From Theionarchaea archaeon (GTDB lineage Archaea > Methanobacteriota_B > Thermococci > Methanofastidiosales > SZ-28-30), in contig JACVGW010000003.1 of NCBI GenBank assembly GCA_018992565.1, positions 178 to 64,177 of the forward strand: DNA of 64,000 nt. The letters run 5' to 3'. Shown in pieces: positions 58,367 through 64,000 of the stretch. The position numbers and the translations under genes were made by a program. Within the stretch, counting starts at the first letter, position 1; each line of letters opens with the position of its first letter. The notes under the pieces are model-generated. The model was not told the origin of the DNA, did not search any database, and was given only the letters and a program-made list of their open reading frames with translations.

Positions 58367-58523
58367 GGATATACCTCATTTGTAGTAATTCCAATTTTTT
58401 CATGGTTTACGTAATATTCTGCTGTTTCATCTTTTCGATGAATCCTTATAAAATTTACGGTAGTGCAGCAGAAAAATGAAAATCACGTGCAAGGGGCCCT
58501 CTGGATACAGCAATACGATATAA

Positions 58524-58922
58524 TCACGCCTTCTTGTCAGGTGCTATGCCTTCTTTTTCCATGAGGTAGTAAATGGTTCTCCGTGGAATCTTTAATGTCC
58601 TCGAGATTTCAGTTATAGGAGTGCGTTCCCTCAGAAGCCTGGTAATCTCTCTGGTGTCCTGTTCTGTATACCGGGAAGGTCTTCCAACTGAGATATCCCC
58701 TTTCCGGAGGGAAACGCGGGCCCTCTCCAGATAGTCTCTCACTCGCTGGGACGTCTGGGCAAAAATACTGGGAGGTAAGATAATTATCCTGAGATTTTCC
58801 CCGTGCTCCAGGAGAGCCAGCAGTACATCCATTCCGAGAATCCGCGGGACATAGACTTCTCTCTCCGTGAATCCTTCCTTGATCTCAGTAATCAGTTCTT
58901 CCTTGTTCCTGGACTCGAACAC
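58524..58922 (-). CDS. small HTH-domain protein
   Basis: C-terminal helix-turn-helix-like ITEISRTLKIPRRTIYYLM; otherwise uncharacterised. Confidence 0.35.
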   Translation of the reverse strand: MFESRNKEELITEIKEGFTEREVYVPRILGMDVLLALLEHGENLRIIILPPSIFAQTSQRVRDYLERARVSLRKGDISVGRPSRYTEQDTREITRLLRERTPITEISRTLKIPRRTIYYLMEKEGIAPDKKA

Positions 58923-58928
58923 TTTAAT

Positions 58929-59675
58929 CTAGGATTCCCCCTTGACTGCTCTCACTATGGGAGAGAGTGCCTCTTCAATGTTCTCTGCTCTCTCTATGAG
59001 AGTGCCTGTCACCACAATATCAGCTCCTGCCCTCACCACGCGGGACGCCTGTTCCGGGGTGCGAATTCCTCCTCCCACCAGAATGGGAATGTCGACTACA
59101 GCCCGCACCATGGAGATCATACTGTCAGGTACGGGTTCAGAAGCCCCTGACCCTGCCTCCAGGTAGACCAGGTCCATACCCATGAACTGAGCAGCAAGAG
59201 CATAGGCAGCAGCTATCTTTGGTTTTCTCCGGGGTATTGGGTCAGCTTCAGCTATCCACCCCACGGTTTCCCCAGGTTCAACCACAAGGTACCCCATGGG
59301 TAAGGGTTCTAAATTGAACATCTTCACAGAATATGCTCCCAGGGCCTGAGCTTTTGTGATGAAATATGGGTTTCTGGAGTTCAGAATACTCATGAAGAAG
59401 ATGGCATCCGCATGGGGAGATACTGCAGACCAGTTGCCGGGAAAGATTATCACAGGCAGCGTGCTGCCTTTCTTGACGGCCTGGATGGTGAGATCATTAG
59501 CCTGCCCTACTGCAGACGTAGAACCCCCCACCATGATAGCATCGCATCCAGCTCGCTGGATTGCAGCAGCCACCCTGTCAATAGTGGATATATCCGCTCC
59601 ATCGGGGTCAATTAAAGCGAAATGAAGTTTTCCCGTGACAAGCTTTCCAGCAATGTAATCTGAGACCCTTCCCAT
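58929..59675 (-). CDS. geranylgeranylglyceryl phosphate synthase (PcrB/GGGPS family)
   Basis: TIM-barrel GGGPS motifs (FALIDPD, MVGGST, GGGIRTPEQA); start placed at the internal ATG (MGRV) so it does not overlap L40e. Confidence 0.75.
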   Translation of the reverse strand: MGRVSDYIAGKLVTGKLHFALIDPDGADISTIDRVAAAIQRAGCDAIMVGGSTSAVGQANDLTIQAVKKGSTLPVIIFPGNWSAVSPHADAIFFMSILNSRNPYFITKAQALGAYSVKMFNLEPLPMGYLVVEPGETVGWIAEADPIPRRKPKIAAAYALAAQFMGMDLVYLEAGSGASEPVPDSMISMVRAVVDIPILVGGGIRTPEQASRVVRAGADIVVTGTLIERAENIEEALSPIVRAVKGES

Positions 59676-59680
59676 AGCCT

Positions 59681-59824
59681 TCACGCTCTGCGTTCCTTTG
59701 CTTTAGGCCTGAGTTTATCATATCCGCACTTTCTGCATCGCTTTGCCCGCCAGGCATTTCTGGCATTGCACTTCATGCATATCCTCACATTGAACAGTCT
59801 TTTTTGAGCTTCAGGTGATTTCAA
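59681..59824 (-). CDS. rpl40e: 50S ribosomal protein L40e (zinc ribbon), missing from the ORF track
   Basis: Minus-strand translation ...[44 protein letters not shown] matches the archaeal L40e CxxC...CxxC signature; likely TTG or GTG start with a GGAGA SD upstream. Confidence 0.55.
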   Translation of the reverse strand: MKSPEAQKRLFNVRICMKCNARNAWRAKRCRKCGYDKLRPKAKERRA

Positions 59825-59828
59825 ATTC

Positions 59829-60356
59829 TCACTCTCCTAGGTAAGCTTGTTGAATACTGATGATTTCTTTGCTGGATTGAGCTTCAGCATAAGATTCAAG
59901 TAGTTCTTGGTTCAGATGCATAAAAGTCTTTCCCCACCTGAACTTCGAGAGGATATTTAAAGCTTTCGACTTCTCCTTCAGAATGTACAGTGCCGCAGCG
60001 AGGGCTTCTGCTGTAGATAGCTTGGTAGGCTTACCGAAATTCACAGGGTTGGCTGCTACAAGGTACGGAAGGGCTCTCCCGTGTCTGAACGTCCTGGTGA
60101 ACTGGCTCTTCTTGTTCCAGGAATAGTCCAGGGCTGTTATAGAAGGGTACCTGGCATCCTCTGGAGAGAGCGCTTTGATACTAAAAGGATCCAAGACAAG
60201 GGTGGAGGGTGGGATCTCACGGAACGAGTGGACAAGAGTGACGAGGTTGAATCTGGCAAGTCTCAGAGCAGTACATTTCTTTGGGTTACAGTGTCCAGCA
60301 TGATAAACATATACTCTCACAGGTCTACAGAGAGAAGGTACCTTTTTAAATCTCAC
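59829..60356 (-). CDS. tsr3: Tsr3-family (DUF367) rRNA aminocarboxypropyltransferase
   Basis: N-terminal [15 protein letters not shown] and [10 protein letters not shown] match the Tsr3 family; 175 aa. Confidence 0.55.
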   Translation of the reverse strand: MRFKKVPSLCRPVRVYVYHAGHCNPKKCTALRLARFNLVTLVHSFREIPPSTLVLDPFSIKALSPEDARYPSITALDYSWNKKSQFTRTFRHGRALPYLVAANPVNFGKPTKLSTAEALAAALYILKEKSKALNILSKFRWGKTFMHLNQELLESYAEAQSSKEIISIQQAYLGE

Positions 60357-60615
60357 CTTCTGCAGGTTAGAGAGAAGCAGTGTGATTGTGGGGGCTGAGG
60401 GAGGTCCCGAATACCTGTTCTATACTCTCAACATCTCATGGGAAGGGTTCTGGATTGTTCTCATGCCTCAATCCATCTGCATGATCGGTCCATACACCTG
60501 GACAGAAGACTTCCACCTCAGGCTAACCGCACGGGGGAGGACAAAAGAATTCGTTCTGGAGGTTGCGAAGCACTCCAATAACAACCTTTTTTAGCCCTCA
60601 AGAAGATGCTGCTGC

Positions 60616-61683
60616 ATGGTATGGCGCTACCTTGAAGTGAGAGAACGTGAGGTGCCCAGGTGCAACGCAATTCATGCTGTTCTTGCCAAGGGCATCAATC
60701 AAGGGATAACTCCCAACACCGTCTTTCTGGAAGAATGCCCTGGCTATGTCCTGTCTCTGGGAAGGAACCAGTGCCCTGAAGAAGAGATAAGTATTGACGC
60801 ATGCAGAGCCCTGAATGTGAAGATTGAGCGGAGGGACACTGGAGGAGGAGCAGGGCTCATGGTTCCCGGATCCACCTCATGGGGAGTCTGCGTTGATATT
60901 ACAGATCCTGTGGTCACTCACGACATGAACGAGAACATGAGACGGCTATCCCACGGAGTTGTGAGGGGTCTCCAGATTCTGGGACTGAATGCCTACTTCT
61001 CTGAGGTCAATGACATTGATGTTGACGGGAAGAAAATTGGAGGAATCACTGCTTTGATGAGAGGAAAAGCTCTCCTGATCTATGGTTCTGTGCTTTCAGA
61101 TTTTGATGTGGACAAGTGGACACGTATCTCAAGGAGTCCACCAGTTAAGTTGGAGAAAAAGGGAGTCTCTTCAATACGAAAGAGAGTCACGACTCTCACG
61201 CAGGAACTGGGAAGGAGTATATCTCCTTCAGACGTGAGAAAAGCTCTCATTAAAGGATATGAAGAAAGTCTCAATACGACTCTTCAGAAAAAAGGACTAT
61301 CACCTGCTGAACAGGAAATCTGGGAAGAAGAAATCAACCGGTTTTCCTCACCGGATTTCATTTTGAGACCACGACACCCATGTAGGCTGAGGCTGGGAAA
61401 ATATGTCCACCCTGCAGAAAAAGGGATCATCATTGTCTCTGTCTATCTGCTTGAAAATAAGATAGCCGATATTGGCATGTCTGGAGATTTCATGCAGATT
61501 TCTGATTTTGACTTTGACGAACTGGCAGGCTCATTATTTGGCCTCCCTGCAGAAAAAGAATATATTTATGAAAAAGTGATGGACTTCTTCCACACGAGAA
61601 ATGTGACTCTCTTGGGAGTCACGCCAGAAGACTTTGCCCATGCAATCATGGGTGCTGTATCATCGTTTCAAGAAGCTGGCTGA
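60616..61683 (+). CDS. lipoate-protein ligase A-family protein
   Basis: BPL/LPL catalytic-domain motif IERRDTGGGAGLM (compare RRxTGGGAVYHD of LplA) with conserved downstream Lys region; 355 aa. Confidence 0.55.
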   Translation: MVWRYLEVREREVPRCNAIHAVLAKGINQGITPNTVFLEECPGYVLSLGRNQCPEEEISIDACRALNVKIERRDTGGGAGLMVPGSTSWGVCVDITDPVVTHDMNENMRRLSHGVVRGLQILGLNAYFSEVNDIDVDGKKIGGITALMRGKALLIYGSVLSDFDVDKWTRISRSPPVKLEKKGVSSIRKRVTTLTQELGRSISPSDVRKALIKGYEESLNTTLQKKGLSPAEQEIWEEEINRFSSPDFILRPRHPCRLRLGKYVHPAEKGIIIVSVYLLENKIADIGMSGDFMQISDFDFDELAGSLFGLPAEKEYIYEKVMDFFHTRNVTLLGVTPEDFAHAIMGAVSSFQEAG

Positions 61684-62104
61684 CCAGGCGCGCAGCCTCA
61701 GGGACTGCGTTCTTCACGGGCTCAGTAGGTGATTCAGAAAAAGTATCTGTATCTGAGACTTCAATCCCCACCACGACAATGCGGGAAGGCATTTCTTCAG
61801 GAAACAGGACCTTTCCAAGGCGGATAGCTTCAGAAAACGATACATCATGACTGGAAGATGTGTGAAGTGCCCTCGGAACCTGCACTTCATTCAGGATAGA
61901 AACGGTCCCGGGGGGATCGCCGAGCTTCACAGCATCCACAATAATCACCACATCATATCCTCGAATATAATCAAGCAAGGAGAATCCACCCACAGAAGCC
62001 TCTACAATTTCAGCAGGCGCACCTTCCAGTTCCCTCGCCACAAGAATTCCCACAGCATCATCAGTCAAAATTGGATTTCCGATACCCATGACCAGTATCT
62101 TCAT
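61646..62104 (-). CDS. A31-family (hydrogenase-maturation-type) aspartic endopeptidase homolog
   Basis: N-terminal MKILVMGIGNPILTDDAVG matches the HycI/HyaD/FrhD-family signature; no hydrogenase genes are visible in the window, so the function is uncertain. Confidence 0.45.
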   Translation of the reverse strand: MKILVMGIGNPILTDDAVGILVARELEGAPAEIVEASVGGFSLLDYIRGYDVVIIVDAVKLGDPPGTVSILNEVQVPRALHTSSSHDVSFSEAIRLGKVLFPEEMPSRIVVVGIEVSDTDTFSESPTEPVKNAVPEAARLVSQLLETMIQHP

Positions 62105-62529
62105 TTTTTGTCCTTCTCTACTGCTCTGATTTCTGCTTCCAGCCAGTGACGTATTTCATCGTGATCTGACATCAAGCACCCCAGGTCGTCAAGGGAATCC
62201 GGCCTCACCAGAATAAGCCACCCCTCACCGTAAGGATCATCATGTACCGGAGAAGGGGCATCCAGGAGCGAGGCATTCATCTCCACGACCTCTGCAGAGA
62301 CAGGCATGAACATCTCCCCAACCCATTTCCCTGACTCCACTGTACCGAAGATTTCATCTTTTTCGAAGCGTTTTCCCTTCTGTGGAATATCCACGTATTC
62401 GATCTTTCCTGCGAGCTTCACTGCAAAATCTATGACACCTATCCTGAGAAGATCTCCCTCCTGACGCACCCATGCATACTCTTTTGAATAGAGCAGGTCA
62501 TCAGGCATGTCGTAGTCTCCAACCTTCAT
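62101..62529 (-). CDS. gcvH: glycine cleavage system H protein (lipoyl carrier)
   Basis: H-protein pattern DLLYSKEYAWV...GTVESGKWVGEMFMPVSAEVVEMN with lipoyl-Lys context ESGK; start placed at the internal ATG (MKVGDYD). Confidence 0.6.
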   Translation of the reverse strand: MKVGDYDMPDDLLYSKEYAWVRQEGDLLRIGVIDFAVKLAGKIEYVDIPQKGKRFEKDEIFGTVESGKWVGEMFMPVSAEVVEMNASLLDAPSPVHDDPYGEGWLILVRPDSLDDLGCLMSDHDEIRHWLEAEIRAVEKDKK

Positions 62530-63265
62530 GAAGCGATGTATGACACGATCTATAAAAAGATGCTGGTACCAGTAGAAGGGAGCCACTTGCTCATAGGTGA
62601 CTGCGGTCCTATCCGGAACCCAGCAATCGACAAGGGAATGCCTGTCATATGATCAGAACTTGTATAGCAGATACCCTTCTCTGTAGGGATGCTTCAAAAG
62701 AGACAATCCTCATAACCCATTTACCCTCATGATACTGTCCTCCAGATGTGAACGCCTGCATTCAGTGTACCACAGGAAGGACAATTCTGTAAGAAGAGGA
62801 AAATCAGCTATACAAAATTTTCACCAGGGTCTTATCTGGAAGGAATATCTCAAAAACACAGAATAGAAGGAAGACCAAATTACGCATTTAAGAAACCCAA
62901 AGATTTATAAAGCAAATGATTCCCATAGTAGATGATTGGGAGGGTAAATCCCCCAGAGGCTCAACAAACTATTGCCCCCATATTCTCCTTCTTAAACACG
63001 AGGCCTCTCAAGTGGAGAGCCCATATCCCAATCAATATACAGAGTCAAGTCAACAGATTCTCCAGAATCCTTTCATTCCAGCTCTTTTACGGCAAGAGGA
63101 TTGATTGATTCACCATATTGAATTCATTGTATGATCCAGAGAGGCATATGGACAGATCTCTTTACAGGACTTCTCTCCTTGACTATTCTACCTGGCTCCG
63201 TGGGGCTGCAATAAAAGAACCTGAGAACCGTAATCTATAAATATTGTTCTTTAAAAAGAGAAACC

Positions 63266-63970
63266 ATGATAAAGGTGAAAACAGGTGTTGCTGGATTGGA
63301 CAAAATGTTGAACGGTGGTCTCATTGCAGGACGACCCTATCTCGTTTCGGGTGTCCCCGGTGCAGGGAAGTCTATTTTCGGGATGCAGTTTCTCATGCAG
63401 GCTGTCCAGGAAGGGAAGAGTGGTGTCTACATCACCATGGAGGAGAGAAGGAGGGGACTGAAGCAGAATTTCGAAGTCTTTGGCTGGGATATTGACAAGG
63501 TCCGTGTTGTGGAAGCCACTCCTGAGCTGGGCAACAATATGTGGGAAATCAGAGCCGAAGCGTCCTTCATCAACATGACGCTTAACATGAACAACCTCAC
63601 TGACACTATCAAACAGCATCTGGTCTCAGGTGTTGATAGGATCGTGCTGGACTCTATAACTACGCTCAAGATGCTGTATCCCTCCGAAGTGGATGCCAGA
63701 AGGGAGATTCTGTCCATGATCCACTTTTTGACAGATACTGGCTGCACATCCTTGCTCCTGGCAGAGAAATGGGATGATGGAAGATCAATGGAAAGCTTCC
63801 TGGCTGAAGGATCAATCGAATTGCGAATTATCGAAGAAAAAGGGATAAAAAAGAGGGCCCTTGAGATCAAGAAAATGCGAGGGACTGATTTTGATGAGCA
63901 GTGGAGACCCATGAAAATCACCAATCGAGGCATCATCGTTTATGCGGACGAGGCGCTGTTCAAGCCGTGA
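63266..63970 (+). CDS. KaiC-like RecA-superfamily ATPase (single domain)
   Basis: Walker A GVPGAGKS in the KaiC/RadA-type N-terminal context (GVAGLDKMLNGGLIAGRPYLVSG); Walker B RIVLDS. Confidence 0.6.
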   Translation: MIKVKTGVAGLDKMLNGGLIAGRPYLVSGVPGAGKSIFGMQFLMQAVQEGKSGVYITMEERRRGLKQNFEVFGWDIDKVRVVEATPELGNNMWEIRAEASFINMTLNMNNLTDTIKQHLVSGVDRIVLDSITTLKMLYPSEVDARREILSMIHFLTDTGCTSLLLAEKWDDGRSMESFLAEGSIELRIIEEKGIKKRALEIKKMRGTDFDEQWRPMKITNRGIIVYADEALFKP

Positions 63971-64000
63971 TACCATGTTTGAAGTGGCCATTTCTTTGAA

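Noticed and set aside
61646-62104. Calling this gene a hydrogenase maturation protease as evidence for a hydrogenase system
   Set aside because: Only the family signature (GIGNxxxxDDxxG) is visible and no hydrogenase genes are in the window. It is annotated conservatively as an A31-family peptidase homolog.

Overview
This window reads as an archaeal chromosomal segment. The evidence is adjacent DNA topoisomerase VI B and A subunits, GGGP synthase, ribosomal protein L40e, Tsr3, BRE/TATA-like promoters and oligo-T terminators. By inference only, it may come from a peptide-scavenging euryarchaeon of the Thermoplasmatota / marine-group-II type. I found no rRNA, tRNA, CRISPR array, transposase or integrase.

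Gene content:
- 1-4.3 kb: a MoxR AAA+ ATPase / DUF58 operon with membrane partners.
- 7.7-21.4 kb: two complete oligopeptide ABC transporter operons (OppA-B-C-D-F order, minus strand), separated by a protein that fuses a glutaminyl-cyclase-like beta-propeller to a polytopic membrane domain.
- 21.4-32.2 kb: a roughly 10.8-kb segment bracketed by two inverted, paralogous substrate-binding-protein genes and an exact 20-bp direct repeat. It carries a BlaI/BlaR1-like pair, an ECF-type transporter, a membrane C13 (legumain/caspase-like) peptidase, a bactofilin-like protein, and V4R and DUF72 proteins.
- 34-41 kb: an MscS channel, a ferritin-like/VIT1 fusion, and a large lipoprotein-like clostripain (C11) peptidase.
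- 55.7-62.6 kb: housekeeping genes (Top6A/B, GGGPS, L40e, Tsr3, LplA-like ligase, GcvH) and a KaiC-like ATPase.

The most interesting locus is 41.3-53.6 kb. Three radical-SAM enzymes (one B12-binding, two with SPASM/twitch-like C-termini), an M28/DUF4910-like peptidase and GtrA sit divergently from a TldD/TldE protease pair. In the shared intergenic region there is an unannotated 26-codon ORF with its own TATA box, SD, ATG and oligo-T terminator. It encodes MVFKADEVEETDSKYKFKFKFKFKFH. Together these look like a candidate, apparently undescribed, RiPP-like peptide-modification system.
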